A stretch of DNA of 64,000 nucleotides from an uncultured Eubacteriales bacterium (lineage in GTDB: Bacteria; Bacillota; Clostridia; Christensenellales; CAG-917). Within the stretch, counting starts at the first letter, position 1. Every line of letters starts with the position of its first letter. The stretch lies in NCBI GenBank assembly GCA_900547975.1, contig URIX01000002.1, forward strand, positions 17,879 to 81,878, in the 5' to 3' direction. The notes under the pieces are model-generated. The model saw nothing but the letters and a program-made list of their open reading frames with translations. It did no database searches and had not been told where the DNA came from. Below, one piece after another: positions 52,042-62,766 of the stretch. The position numbers and the translations under genes are program-made.

Positions 52042-52626
52042 TTAGTTGCGCTCGTTCAGTTTTTCGAGCATAGCGTGCAGGGCTCTGCCTCTGTGGCTGA
52101 CTGAATTTTTTTCGGCTTGCGACGCTTCGGCAAACGTTTTTTGCAGTTCGTCGCTATAAAAGAGCGAGTCGTATCCGAATCCTTCGCTTCCGCGTTCTTC
52201 GGTCAGAATCGAGCCTTCAACGCGACCTTTTGCGGTGATAAACTCGCCGTTCGGATAACAAATGGTGATTACGGTTGCAAAATGCGCGCGTCTGTTTTCC
52301 ACGCCGTCGAGGTTTTTGAGAAGCAACCGACGATTCGCCTTGTCGTCGTGTGCTTCGCCCGCGTAGCGAGCGGAATAAACGCCCGGTGCGCCGTTTAAGG
52401 CGTCCACCATAAGCCCCGTGTCGTCGGCAAGAGTCGGCATATTGCAAACGTCACAAATTGTGCGCGCTTTGAGGTACGAGTTTTCTTCGAGCGTAGTCCC
52501 CGTTTCCTCGACGTCTATGTCGATTCCGAGTTCTTTGAGAGAAAGCAATTCGTCAAACGAGTTGCCGAGAATCGCTTTGATTTCACTGAGTTTGTGGGCG
52601 TTGTTGGTGGCTATTGCGAGTTTCAT
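52042..52626 (-). CDS. rdgB: XTP/dITP diphosphatase (RdgB/HAM1)
   Basis: ATNNAHKLSEIKAIL...ETGTTLEENSYLKA...ADDTGL...GAPGVYSARY...GFGYDSLF. Confidence 0.9.
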   Translation of the reverse strand: MKLAIATNNAHKLSEIKAILGNSFDELLSLKELGIDIDVEETGTTLEENSYLKARTICDVCNMPTLADDTGLMVDALNGAPGVYSARYAGEAHDDKANRRLLLKNLDGVENRRAHFATVITICYPNGEFITAKGRVEGSILTEERGSEGFGYDSLFYSDELQKTFAEASQAEKNSVSHRGRALHAMLEKLNERN

Positions 52627-52635
52627 AATAAGTCC

Positions 52636-54333
52636 TTATGCCTTGCGATTTATGGATTTTGCAACGTTGATAAAGTGGTCTGCGACACGCTCGGAATCGG
52701 AAGCGAGCGAGAGGTATTGCGCGCCGACGTCTGGCGTGCAGTCGCCCGATCTGAGTCTTGCGATATGGTTTGCGCCCATTGCTTCGGTGAGGTCGTCGAT
52801 GTTGTCCTCGATTTTGTTTGCATCTTCAAGCGATGACGAATCGCAGTTGACGTACGCTTTCATAACCTTTTGGAACAAATCGCCTATGCGGCTTTGAAGG
52901 TGGCGAACCTCTTGAATCGCGATATCCGAGAATGTTTGATTGGATTCTTTGAGTTTGTCGGCGTATTCGACGATGTTTTCCGCATAGTCGCCGACGCGTT
53001 CGAGGTCGGTTATGGTGTGGAACGTGGTTGCAAGATAGTTGTGGTCGGCGTCGTTCATTTCGAGTTTGGAAAGATTGACGACGAATCTTGCGATTTCCTT
53101 GTTAAGGAAGTTAAGTTCGTTTTCGTTCTTGCGGAATTGCTCTATATCCGAATAATCGAGCGTGCAGATTATGTTGCAGGCGATGTCGTAGTTGTGAAGC
53201 GCGATTTCCGCCATGTTGACGATTTCGTTTTTGGTTTGTTGAACGGCGATAGGCGGCGTTTTGAGCATATGCTCGTCGATGTAGAACATATGTTCTTCGG
53301 GTTGTTCGTGCGCTTTGTTCTTGTCGGGCAGAATCTTGCAAACGAGTTTAACCGATAAGTTTGTGAGCGGCAACATAATTATGACCGTAATGACGTTGAA
53401 TATCGTGTGGAACATAGCGAGTTGCGTTTGCGGAACGCCGGGGAACATCTTTTCAAACAGATATCCGAACGTAATGACTTTTGCGGGATTGACCGCTTTC
53501 GAGATTTCGCGCATCATCATTGCGACGATCATAAAGATGACAACGCCGGATACGTTGAACAAAAGGTGAATGAGCGCGGTGCGTTTTGCGTTGGTGCTCG
53601 AAGTGAGACCTGCGATGATTGCCACGACGCACGAGCCGATGTTCGAACCCATCGTGAGGTAGATACCTTGGTCGAGGTTGATGAGCCCCGTAAATGTCAT
53701 AGTGATTGCAACGGACGTCATAACCGACGAACTTTGAATTATGGCGGTGAGAATCGTGCCTATCAAAACGAGAAGAATGGGATTCGATATGGAAGCGAGA
53801 AAGTTTTTGACGGAATCGAGAGCGGCAAAGACTTTCATAGAAGCACTCATCATATCCAGACCCACGAACAGCATACCGAAGCCGGCGAGGATACCGCCGA
53901 TTTTCTTTGCGATGTCTTTTTTGGCGAACGCCATAGTAAACGCGCCGATACCTGCAAAGGTTGCAAACACGACGCCGGTGGAAATTGAGTTTTCGAACAT
54001 ACCGAGCGCGGTGATTTGACCCGTGATTGTCGTACCGATGTTTGCGCCGTAAATTACGGTTGCGGCTTGCATAAGCGACATAATGCCCGCATTGACAAAA
54101 CCGATGACCATAACGGTGGTTGCGCCCGACGATTGAATCGCCGCCGTTGCGACCGTGCCAATGCCGACGCCGACGAGTTTGCTCTTGGACGTTCTTGCAA
54201 AGAGATGTTTTAGTTTGTTTGAACTGACGGATTCGAGGTTGGTACTCATCATAGTGCAGGCGATGAGAAAAACGCCTATACCTGCTATGAGAGATAAAAC
54301 TGCCGTTGCGATTTGGACGGGTGTCATAAACAA
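52636..54333 (-). CDS. Na/Pi cotransporter family protein with C-terminal PhoU-like repeats
   Basis: IQSSGATTVMVIGFVNAG and IQSSSVMTSVAITM duplicated NptA motifs, plus a C-terminal PhoU-type helical domain (ERVGDYAENI / ERVADHFINV). Confidence 0.88.
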   Translation of the reverse strand: MFMTPVQIATAVLSLIAGIGVFLIACTMMSTNLESVSSNKLKHLFARTSKSKLVGVGIGTVATAAIQSSGATTVMVIGFVNAGIMSLMQAATVIYGANIGTTITGQITALGMFENSISTGVVFATFAGIGAFTMAFAKKDIAKKIGGILAGFGMLFVGLDMMSASMKVFAALDSVKNFLASISNPILLVLIGTILTAIIQSSSVMTSVAITMTFTGLINLDQGIYLTMGSNIGSCVVAIIAGLTSSTNAKRTALIHLLFNVSGVVIFMIVAMMMREISKAVNPAKVITFGYLFEKMFPGVPQTQLAMFHTIFNVITVIIMLPLTNLSVKLVCKILPDKNKAHEQPEEHMFYIDEHMLKTPPIAVQQTKNEIVNMAEIALHNYDIACNIICTLDYSDIEQFRKNENELNFLNKEIARFVVNLSKLEMNDADHNYLATTFHTITDLERVGDYAENIVEYADKLKESNQTFSDIAIQEVRHLQSRIGDLFQKVMKAYVNCDSSSLEDANKIEDNIDDLTEAMGANHIARLRSGDCTPDVGAQYLSLASDSERVADHFINVAKSINRKA

Positions 54334-54495
54334 ATTGTTTTTGCACGCCTGTGCGTGCGTGTGGGGTTTGCCCGTACGGCTTTTGCCGCGTCTTCTTACA
54401 ATCCAATTATTGTCTTTGTTAATTATAAATAAAAATCCGATGATTGTAAAACGGAATGCTCAACTTGCTCCATAATTCGACAAAATGCGTAAAAA

Positions 54496-54618
54496 ACACG
54501 ATATGTGTTATACATATATGCAACACGATTCGTGTATATGCATATCGAAATCGAGGCAAAAATTGCGGATTTGAGGTAAATTTGAGGTAAAAGCGCAAAA
54601 ATAAAACACGATTCGTGT
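54496..54618. promoter_or_regulatory. repeated 13-bp palindrome ACACGATTCGTGT in the region upstream of the Na/Pi transporter
   Basis: Exact copies at 54523-54535 and 54606-54618 (83 bp apart), degenerate ACACGATATGTGT at 54496-54508, and tandem ATTTGAGGTAAA twice at 54569-54592. Confidence 0.45.
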
Positions 54619-54680
54619 AATGAATCGTGCAGAGAATAAGGTATTTTTTCAAAATTTGTATACAATAAAAAAATACCGAC

Positions 54681-55976
54681 TCAGGTTGTTTTTGATTGGT
54701 GGAAAGGTCTGAAATCGTCGTCCTCGTGCAAATTGCCCGTCAGGTCGTTTTCGAGCAAAATGCCGCGCTGAACAGAGTGATAACCGTATTTGGCTCTAAT
54801 TTCGTCGAGGGTTTGTTCCAGTTTGTCCGCCTTATCGCTTTGTTCGTCGAACAAACTCATTTGCATGCCGTCTTTGCTTTCGAGCCTTATTGCCGAAACC
54901 GTGATTGCGCGAAGCGGCTCGCCGAAGTTGTGTATTTTTTCAAGCAAGCCTATCGCGGCTTTTGCGATTGCGCCCGAATTTGCCGAAGCGGGCGAAAGCG
55001 GAATTTGTTTGGACGTCCATTGCAACGCGGGATTTTTTATCGAAAGACCGACGCCGTTTGCCACGAGGTCGAAACTTCTGAGGCGCAACGCAACCATATC
55101 CGAAAGCGCGTATATCACGATTTTCGCTTCTTGCAGGTTTTTTATGTCGCGGGGCGTGGTCGTGCCGTTTGAAACGCTTTTGGGAACGTGAACGTCGTAG
55201 TAGTGTTTGACTTCTTCCGTTTCGATTCCTTGCGCGGCGTTTATCATATTGTCGGCGACGATTCCGAAAATGTGACGCAAAGCGTCACGGTCTGCGTTTG
55301 CGAGTTGCCGTATGGTGCGAATGTTGAGTTTTGTGAGTTTTTCGGACGTCTGACGACCTATCATAATCATCTCGGACGGAGACATATCGCCTATGACTTC
55401 CATATAATGCTCTTTGTCGAGAACGGTGGTCGCGTCGGGCTTTTTGAGGTCGCTTCCGAGTTTTGCGAGAGTTTTGGTAAAGGATACGCCGACGGAAATG
55501 GTGAGTCCCGTCTTTTCTTTCACGAGTTGACGCAATTTGTTTGCAATGGTTACGCCGTCGCCGAAAAGTTTTTCCGAGCCGGTCACGTCAAGCCAGCACT
55601 CGTCTATGCCGAATCTTTCCACTCGGTCGGTGAATTGCGTGTAGATTTCAAAAACTTGTTTGGAATATTTGACGTATTCGTCAAAGTGCGGAAGAACGAA
55701 CACTATATCGGGGCATTTTTGCCTTGCGGACCATAGCGTTTCGCCCGTTTGAACGCCCGCTTTTTTTGCGAGTTGGTTTTTTGCAAGCACTATGCCGTGT
55801 CTTGCTTCGGGATTTCCGCAAACGGCAAGTGGCATCCCGTCGTATTCGGGATGCAGTTTTTGTTCCACCGAAGCGTAGAAGTTGTTTAGGTCGCAATGCA
55901 GTATTGTTTTTCCCACAATTCGATTATACACATTTTTGCCTTGCAAAACAAGCGGTTCTAGTTTATAATAATTCAT
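54681..55976 (-). CDS. dinB: DNA polymerase IV (Y-family)
   Basis: ILHCDLNNFYASVE...SIDEcW-like GIDECWLDVTG...LPV-type little-finger region. 431 aa. Confidence 0.9.
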   Translation of the reverse strand: MNYYKLEPLVLQGKNVYNRIVGKTILHCDLNNFYASVEQKLHPEYDGMPLAVCGNPEARHGIVLAKNQLAKKAGVQTGETLWSARQKCPDIVFVLPHFDEYVKYSKQVFEIYTQFTDRVERFGIDECWLDVTGSEKLFGDGVTIANKLRQLVKEKTGLTISVGVSFTKTLAKLGSDLKKPDATTVLDKEHYMEVIGDMSPSEMIMIGRQTSEKLTKLNIRTIRQLANADRDALRHIFGIVADNMINAAQGIETEEVKHYYDVHVPKSVSNGTTTPRDIKNLQEAKIVIYALSDMVALRLRSFDLVANGVGLSIKNPALQWTSKQIPLSPASANSGAIAKAAIGLLEKIHNFGEPLRAITVSAIRLESKDGMQMSLFDEQSDKADKLEQTLDEIRAKYGYHSVQRGILLENDLTGNLHEDDDFRPFHQSKTT

Positions 55977-56016
55977 AGATAAATTTTTTAGCGCGGTAGC
56001 GCGCGAGGAGAGATAT

Positions 56017-57003
56017 ATGATTTTGGTTACGGGCGGAGCAGGTTACATCGGCTCGCATTGCGTAAGAGAACTCAAAGAAAGAAATATGGACGTCGTGGTT
56101 TACGACAATCTCGTCACGGGACACATCGAGTCCGTGCCTTCGGACGTACCTTTCGTCAAAGGCGACATCTTTGATGTCGAACTGTTGCGTTCGACGTTCA
56201 GAAAGTACGGCGTGGATTCCGTCATTCACTTTGCGGCGTATTCGCTCGTGGGCGAAAGTATGAAGAATCCCGCAAAGTACTATCACAACAACGTTGCTGG
56301 CACTCTCGCGCTTTTGGACGCTATGATTGCCGAAAACGTCAAGTATCTCGTGTTTTCGTCGTCTGCGGCAACCTACGGCGATTGCGGCGACGGTTTGATA
56401 ACCGAAGACAGTCCGCAACATCCCACCAGCGTGTACGGTCAAACCAAACTTATGATGGAACAGTTTATGCAGGACTACGACAAGGCGTACGGTCTTAAAT
56501 ACGTCGCGCTTCGTTACTTCAACGCGGCAGGCGCGCACAGAAGCGGCGAAATAGGCGAGGCTCACAACCCGGAATCGCACCTCATCCCCATCATTTTGCA
56601 AGTTGCAAACGGCACGAGAGACCACATCGGCATTTTCGGCGACGATTATCCCACGCCCGACGGCACTTGCGTGAGAGATTACATTCACATCACCGACCTT
56701 GCCGACGCGCATATCCGAGCCCTCGATTACCTCAAAAACGGCGGAAAATCCACCTATTACAACCTCGGCAACGGCAACGGATTCAGCGTCAAAGAGGTCA
56801 TCGACGTCACCGAGCAAGTGACGGGACGTCATATCGAAAGGACTATCGAAGCGCGCAGACCCGGCGACCCCGCAACTTTGGTTGCGTCGAGCGAAAAGAT
56901 AAAGAGAGAACTCGGTTGGAAGCCTCAATACGACAGCCTCGAAAGTATAGTTTCGTCGGCTTGGAAGTGGCATTCCACTCATCCGCACGGCTACGAGAAA
57001 TAA
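56017..57003 (+). CDS. galE: UDP-glucose 4-epimerase
   Basis: MILVTGGAGYIGSH...SSSAATYG...YGQTKLM (YxxxK). Confidence 0.92.
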   Translation: MILVTGGAGYIGSHCVRELKERNMDVVVYDNLVTGHIESVPSDVPFVKGDIFDVELLRSTFRKYGVDSVIHFAAYSLVGESMKNPAKYYHNNVAGTLALLDAMIAENVKYLVFSSSAATYGDCGDGLITEDSPQHPTSVYGQTKLMMEQFMQDYDKAYGLKYVALRYFNAAGAHRSGEIGEAHNPESHLIPIILQVANGTRDHIGIFGDDYPTPDGTCVRDYIHITDLADAHIRALDYLKNGGKSTYYNLGNGNGFSVKEVIDVTEQVTGRHIERTIEARRPGDPATLVASSEKIKRELGWKPQYDSLESIVSSAWKWHSTHPHGYEK

Positions 57004-57188
57004 GTTTTCCTTGATTTGAAAGGATTTTTGACAAAGCGAGGCGAAAAAACACATCGTCGCGCTTTGATTCAAATACAATTATAATGCATACAATGCGGCG
57101 TTTTCGTCGCATCGCAACGTCGAATTTCGTTATGAGCAAAATGCAAAATATTTTTCGACAAAAGAATATTCGACGATAGGGGGTTGAT

Positions 57189-58055
57189 ATGAAAGTAAGA
57201 AAAGCGATTATACCTTGCGCGGGATTCGGCACGAGGTTTTTGCCGGTGACGAAAGTGTTGCCCAAAGAACTGTTGCCTATCGTAGATACGCCTGCGCTTT
57301 GCTATATCGTCGACGAGGCGGTGAAGAGCGGTATCGAGGAAATCGCGATTGTTATTTCGCCTCAAAAAGAGAGCGTAAAACGTCTTTTCGAGCCTAATGC
57401 CGCACTCAACGAGCAGTTGATGACGAGCGGTAAAAAGGAAGAGTTTGCGCTTGCAAACAAGGATTACGGCGCAAAAATCACGTTTGTGGTGCAAAAGACT
57501 ATGAATGGCAACGCAAACGCCGTCAAACTCTGCGAGGATTTTGCAAACGGTGAGCCCGTAGCGGTGCTGTTCGGCGACGATTTGATGTACGTCGGCGAGG
57601 GCGAAAAACCCGTCACGAAGCAACTTATAGACGCTTATTACGCAACGGGCGGCGCTACTATCGTAGGATGTCAGCGCACGAGCGAAGAAGTGGCAAGACG
57701 TTGCGGCGTTATGATAACAAACAAGGCTATCGACGAAAAAACCACCTTGCTCGACGGTATAATCGAAAAGCCGAAGGACGAGTTGCCAAGCGAACTCGTA
57801 TCTCTGGGAAGATTCGTGCTTGCGCCGTCCATATTCGAGGCAATCGAGCGCACGCCGTACACCAACGGCGAAGTGTATTTGTCGGAAGCGATAAGCATTC
57901 TCGCAAAAGAAAAAGCGGTTTGCGCATACGAATTTTCTGCACGTCGCTACGACGTCGGCAACAAGGAAGGTTATCTCGAAGCGACGGTGGAATACGCTTT
58001 GAGAAACAAGAATCTCAAAGACGAGTTTTTGCAATATATAAAACGCGAATTTTGA
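57189..58055 (+). CDS. galU: UTP--glucose-1-phosphate uridylyltransferase
   Basis: KAIIPCAGFGTRFLPVTKVLPKELLPIVDTP. Confidence 0.92.
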   Translation: MKVRKAIIPCAGFGTRFLPVTKVLPKELLPIVDTPALCYIVDEAVKSGIEEIAIVISPQKESVKRLFEPNAALNEQLMTSGKKEEFALANKDYGAKITFVVQKTMNGNANAVKLCEDFANGEPVAVLFGDDLMYVGEGEKPVTKQLIDAYYATGGATIVGCQRTSEEVARRCGVMITNKAIDEKTTLLDGIIEKPKDELPSELVSLGRFVLAPSIFEAIERTPYTNGEVYLSEAISILAKEKAVCAYEFSARRYDVGNKEGYLEATVEYALRNKNLKDEFLQYIKREF

Positions 58056-58256
58056 GAATCGGATTCCGAAAATAATCGGGCTTCGGGAAACGACTCAACC
58101 GAAGCAGAAAATAATCGAATTTAGAAACGAAAATGACGAATTTTGAAAATAAGCGGTTAGAATATCGATTTCCCCGCGTATTTTCAAAGTTTGCCGAGTG
58201 AAGAAAAGGCAAAAACACAGGAAAACCGATGTTTTGAAAGGAACGAAATAAAGAGT

Positions 58257-59744
58257 ATGCAAAGGACTTGCGACATCTGCGGCGATAGAGAGGCGACTCT
58301 TTTTGAAAGCGTGATTATAGACAATAATCCCGTCGAGTACGGCTATTGTCGCGAGTGCTACGAAAATGCTTTGAAATGCGGCAAAAATCCGCATGAAGAA
58401 GCAAATTACAGGCTTTCTCGCCGAGATAAAGAATGCAAAATTTGCGGATATACGGTTGAAGATTTTGAAAAAAACTTCCTTTTCGGTTGTGCGAATTGCT
58501 ATTCTCAAATGCGGAAAATCGCGCTCGACGCGGCAAGCAAAGCGCAAGGTGTAAACGCCGAGTTTTTGCACGCTCACGCACCCGAAAATACCGTTTCGAC
58601 CATACTCGATTTGAAGGGCGCGCACGGCGCGTACGGTGTCAGAAACAATCTAAACGGCAATTTCGAGCGTTTTGACGTAAGCGACTCACTGCCGCGCCCA
58701 AGCCTTTTGAAGTCGGCAAAGTACTGCACGATAAACGAACTTGTCAAAAATAACGTCGTTTCCTCTCGCATACGTCTTGCAAGAAACGTTGCGGGGCTTG
58801 AATTTCCTCGCAATATCAAGACGACCGACCAACGAGTGGTCGATTTGATGAACGGCGCGTACGCGGCGGCGCAAGGGGTGTTCGAGGCAAGACTTTTGCC
58901 TATGAACAAACTCAAAAAAGAGCAGAAAAAAGCACTTATAGAGCGGCATTTAATTTCTCTTGCTCTTGCAAACAACACGCAAAACGGCGCGGTAATCGTC
59001 GAGGGCGACAAAAAATTCGGTATATCCGTGATGATAAACGAGGAAGACCACATAAGGGAGCAGTGCGTCGAAGAAGGATTCAACCTTAAACGCGCATACG
59101 AAAGACTGCGTGTTTACGACGAAAGGCTCTTGCACACGTTGCCTATCGCGTACGATTCGCAACTCGGCTTTCTGACGGCGTGTCCGACCAATCTCGGCAC
59201 GGGTATGAGGGCTTCTTGTATGCTGTTTTTGCCTGCGTTGAAGCGTGCGGGCGCAATCGAGGACGCGCTCAAAACGTTCAAGAGCGAGTTCGGATTGACG
59301 GTAAGAGGAGTATACGGCGAGGGTAGCGAAGCGGCTTACGATATGTATCAAATATCCAACTCTCGAACGCTCGGCGTAAGCGAGGACGAGATTATTTCGC
59401 AAGTCGAACAAGCGGTTGCGAGAATGTGCTATTGCGAAAGGGTCGCGCTCGAAAAACTCGTCAAGGAAAGACAGACCGAACTTTTGGACGGAATATCGAG
59501 AAGTTACGCCGTGCTTAAAGGCGCGTACGCGCTCACGGCGCAAGAACTTATGAAACTTCTCGTCGACGTAAAAATCGGCGTTATACTGGGCATTTTGCCC
59601 ATAAAATCCACTGCGATAACGGACGAAATGATATGGGCGTGTTCCGCCTCGTCCTTGCAGATTTTGACAAACGGAAGTTCGAAGGAAGAGAGCGACAAAA
59701 TGCGCGCTCGCATAGTTAGAGAACTTCTGGCGGAGGAAAAATGA
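58257..59744 (+). CDS. mcsB: fused McsA-like zinc-finger/UVR module and protein arginine kinase McsB
   Basis: N-terminal CDICG...CRECY...CKICG...CANCY (McsA-type Cys4 pairs). The remainder has SSRIRLARNVAGLEFP and CPTNLGTGMRAS (ATP:guanido phosphotransferase signature). The ORF could start at 58191. Confidence 0.8.
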   Translation: MQRTCDICGDREATLFESVIIDNNPVEYGYCRECYENALKCGKNPHEEANYRLSRRDKECKICGYTVEDFEKNFLFGCANCYSQMRKIALDAASKAQGVNAEFLHAHAPENTVSTILDLKGAHGAYGVRNNLNGNFERFDVSDSLPRPSLLKSAKYCTINELVKNNVVSSRIRLARNVAGLEFPRNIKTTDQRVVDLMNGAYAAAQGVFEARLLPMNKLKKEQKKALIERHLISLALANNTQNGAVIVEGDKKFGISVMINEEDHIREQCVEEGFNLKRAYERLRVYDERLLHTLPIAYDSQLGFLTACPTNLGTGMRASCMLFLPALKRAGAIEDALKTFKSEFGLTVRGVYGEGSEAAYDMYQISNSRTLGVSEDEIISQVEQAVARMCYCERVALEKLVKERQTELLDGISRSYAVLKGAYALTAQELMKLLVDVKIGVILGILPIKSTAITDEMIWACSASSLQILTNGSSKEESDKMRARIVRELLAEEK

Positions 59745-62332
59745 TAACCTACTCTGACAACGCGCGACTCGTGCTTCAAAGGGCAAGCGAACTTGCCGTA
59801 CGCACGGGCGGACTTGTTTGCACCGAACATATTTTGTTCGGACTTTTGGACGTTGACGGCTCTGCGGCGCAGAGATTGCTCAATCAATGCGGCGTGTACG
59901 AGGACGACGTAATCCGCGTGTTTTCGCCTATGCCTATTCGCCCCAATGTCGAGATGTCGACGAGGGCGGCAAGAGCGGTGCAAAGCGCAAAAGACGTCGC
60001 AACGAGGCTCGGCTCGCAAGTTGTGGGAACAGAACATATTTTGTACACCGTTCTCGACGAAACGTCGTCGGTTGCAAGCGAGATACTGCGAGCAAAGGGA
60101 ATTGACCCCGAATATCTGCAACGACTCACTTACAGCTCAATCGTGTCGAGCGGCGGCGGCAGGGCGGCGATGTGCCTTGCAAACGGAAACGAAGAAAACA
60201 TAAACGACATTTTGAGCGGTTACATATCCGATTTCTTCGGTGAAAGCGAAAATAAAGGATTGAATCGCCAAGGACAGAGCGGCGGCGAAAACGCTTTGCG
60301 AAACGGCTTTGCAAGCAATGAAAACGCGTTCGGAAAAGCCGATAATTTTTATGAAAATACACGCAAAAACGACGAAAATTCCGATTTCGATTTGTCAAAA
60401 TTCGGCACTGATTTGACGGCGAAAGCGCGCGACGGAAAACTCGACCCCGTCATAGGCAGAGGCAAGGAAACCGAGCGCGTGATACAGGTGCTTTGCCGCA
60501 GAACGAAAAACAATCCCGTGCTTATAGGCGAACCGGGGGTCGGAAAAAGCGCGGTTATCGACGGACTTGCCCAGCGCATAGTTTCGGGGGACGTTCCCGA
60601 CGCGTTGAGGGGCAAAATCGTGTTTTCGCTCGACCTTACTTCGCTCGTTGCGGGCACGAGGTACAGGGGCGATTTCGAGGAAAGACTCAAAGCAACGCTC
60701 AACGGCATAAAACAAAGAGGCAACGTACTGCTTTTTATCGACGAAATTCACACCATACTCAAAGCGGGTTCGAGCGAGGGCGGACTTGACATTGCCAACA
60801 TTCTGAAGCCTATGCTCGCAAGGGGCGAACTGCAAACGATAGGCGCGACCACGCTTGAAGAATATCGCAAACAATTTGAGCAAGACAGTGCGTTAGAACG
60901 CCGTTTTCAACCAGTTTTGGTGGAAGAACCGAGCGTGTCGGACACCATAGAAATTTTGCAGGGATTGAAACCGAAATACGAGGCTCATCACGGCGTAACC
61001 ATAACCGACGAAGCAATATCTTCGGCGGCGATTTTGTCGGACAGATACGTTGCGGACAGATTCCTTCCCGACAAGGCAATCGACCTTATCGACGAGGCGG
61101 CTTCGAGAAAGAAAATTTTTTCCTTTACCACGCCGAGCGAAATCCGCGATTTGGAAAACAAAATCAAGCAAGCCGACCTCGATTTGTGCGAAGCAAAACG
61201 CAGGGATAATTTTGAACTTTGCGCAAAGTATAAGGCACTTCGCGACGACTATATAGAGCAGAAAGAAAAAGCCGAAATCGACTGGAAAGAGAAGTGCGCA
61301 AGCACGAGTTTGTCCATAGGCGAGGACGAAATCGCCGAAGTCGTGGGCAACTGGACGGGAATCCCCGTAAAGCGTATCACCGAGGGCGAAAGCGAAAAAC
61401 TCGTCAATCTCGAAAAGACCTTGCAATCGAGGGTCATCGGACAAGACGAGGCTTGCGCGGCGGTTGCAAAGGCGGTAAAACGCGCAAGAGCGGGACTTAA
61501 AGACCCCAAACGCCCCATAGGCTCGTTTATTTTCTTAGGTCCGACGGGCGTTGGTAAAACCGAACTTGCAAAGGCACTCGCAAGCGCGCTTTTCGGCGAC
61601 GAAGATTTGCTTATTCGAGTGGATATGAGCGAGTATATGGAAAAGGACAGCGTGTCGAGGCTCATAGGCTCTGCGCCGGGACTCGTGGGATTCGAGGAAG
61701 GCGGACAACTCACCGAAAAGGTGCGCAGAAAACCGTATTCCGTCGTGCTTTTCGACGAAATCGAAAAAGGACACCCCGACATATTCAATATTTTGCTTCA
61801 AATCCTCGAAGACGGCATACTCACGGACAGTCACGGCCGCACGGTAAGTTTCAAAAACACGGTGATAATTTTGACGTCCAACATCGGTGCGAAAGAAGCC
61901 GCAACGCCGCAAAGAACGCTTGGTTTTGCAAGCGAGAAAAGCGTTGAAAGCGAGGGTGAAAAAGTGCGCCAAAGCCACATTCAAGCATTGAAAGGCGCAA
62001 TGAAACCCGAAATTATCAACCGTATCGACGAAATCGTCGTGTTCAAGAAACTCGACAAAGAAAACTTGTTCAAGATTGCGGATTTGATGTTCGCCTCGCT
62101 TGAAAAACGCCTCGAATCGAGAGATATAACGGCGCATATCACGCAGAGTGCGAAAGAGTATATCGTAAGCGAGGGCTACGACGCCGAATACGGCGCAAGA
62201 CCGCTTCGCCGCACCCTTCAAAGGCTCGTCGAGGACAAGTTGAGCGAAAAACTTATTCGTTCGGAAATTGCGGCAGGCGACAAGGTTACTATTGATTACA
62301 AAGACGGCGCACTCGTGTTTGAAAAACTTTGA
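59741..62332 (+). CDS. clpC: ATP-dependent Clp protease ATP-binding subunit ClpC
   Basis: Clp-N repeats, two AAA+ modules ([18 protein letters not shown]), UVR-type middle domain. Carries an extra ~90-aa low-complexity linker after the N-domain. Confidence 0.92.
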   Translation: MITYSDNARLVLQRASELAVRTGGLVCTEHILFGLLDVDGSAAQRLLNQCGVYEDDVIRVFSPMPIRPNVEMSTRAARAVQSAKDVATRLGSQVVGTEHILYTVLDETSSVASEILRAKGIDPEYLQRLTYSSIVSSGGGRAAMCLANGNEENINDILSGYISDFFGESENKGLNRQGQSGGENALRNGFASNENAFGKADNFYENTRKNDENSDFDLSKFGTDLTAKARDGKLDPVIGRGKETERVIQVLCRRTKNNPVLIGEPGVGKSAVIDGLAQRIVSGDVPDALRGKIVFSLDLTSLVAGTRYRGDFEERLKATLNGIKQRGNVLLFIDEIHTILKAGSSEGGLDIANILKPMLARGELQTIGATTLEEYRKQFEQDSALERRFQPVLVEEPSVSDTIEILQGLKPKYEAHHGVTITDEAISSAAILSDRYVADRFLPDKAIDLIDEAASRKKIFSFTTPSEIRDLENKIKQADLDLCEAKRRDNFELCAKYKALRDDYIEQKEKAEIDWKEKCASTSLSIGEDEIAEVVGNWTGIPVKRITEGESEKLVNLEKTLQSRVIGQDEACAAVAKAVKRARAGLKDPKRPIGSFIFLGPTGVGKTELAKALASALFGDEDLLIRVDMSEYMEKDSVSRLIGSAPGLVGFEEGGQLTEKVRRKPYSVVLFDEIEKGHPDIFNILLQILEDGILTDSHGRTVSFKNTVIILTSNIGAKEAATPQRTLGFASEKSVESEGEKVRQSHIQALKGAMKPEIINRIDEIVVFKKLDKENLFKIADLMFASLEKRLESRDITAHITQSAKEYIVSEGYDAEYGARPLRRTLQRLVEDKLSEKLIRSEIAAGDKVTIDYKDGALVFEKL

Positions 62333-62366
62333 GAAGATGAATTAATATAAATTATTAATTTATCTC

Positions 62367-62395
62367 TTGAAATCAAATATAAAATTTGCTATAAT
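62367..62395 (+). promoter_or_regulatory. candidate sigma-A promoter of hpf
   Basis: TTGAAA (62367-62372), 17-nt spacer, extended -10 TGcTATAAT (62387-62395). Confidence 0.5.
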
Positions 62396-62424
62396 GTAAA
62401 TATAAAGAACTTGGAGGTTACTTT

Positions 62425-62766
62425 ATGAGAATCGAAATATTCGGCAAGAATTACAATCCCAGTGATTCACTCAGAGCAATCACCGAAAAAAAGTGCGCAA
62501 AACTCGAAAGACGTTTTGAGGACGAAAATGCGGAAGTTAAGTTCACCGTGACCTACGAAAACGGCGATTACACCACGGATATGGTTGTCACAAGCAAGGG
62601 CATATCCTATCGTGCAAGCGCGCTGAGCGGCTCTCCGTTTGACAATCTCGACGAGGTTATTCCCAAACTGCTCGGACAGATGAGAAAGCAAAAAGACATT
62701 TGGGGCAAGGACAAAAAAGGAACGCCCAACGTCTACGAAGAAGAAGTAGAGGGCGAAGAAGAATAA
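62425..62766 (+). CDS. hpf: ribosome hibernation/ribosome-associated inhibitor protein (short HPF/RaiA family)
   Basis: MRIEIFGKNYNPSDSLRAITEKKCAKLERRF fits the sigma-54 modulation/S30EA family fold pattern. 113 aa, GGAGG RBS. Confidence 0.8.
   Translation: MRIEIFGKNYNPSDSLRAITEKKCAKLERRFEDENAEVKFTVTYENGDYTTDMVVTSKGISYRASALSGSPFDNLDEVIPKLLGQMRKQKDIWGKDKKGTPNVYEEEVEGEEE

Noticed and set aside
55977-56016. LexA (Cheo) box upstream of dinB
   Set aside because: The 40-bp dinB-galE intergenic gap contains no GAAC-N4-GTTC-type sequence. No SOS operator can be supported from the sequence.
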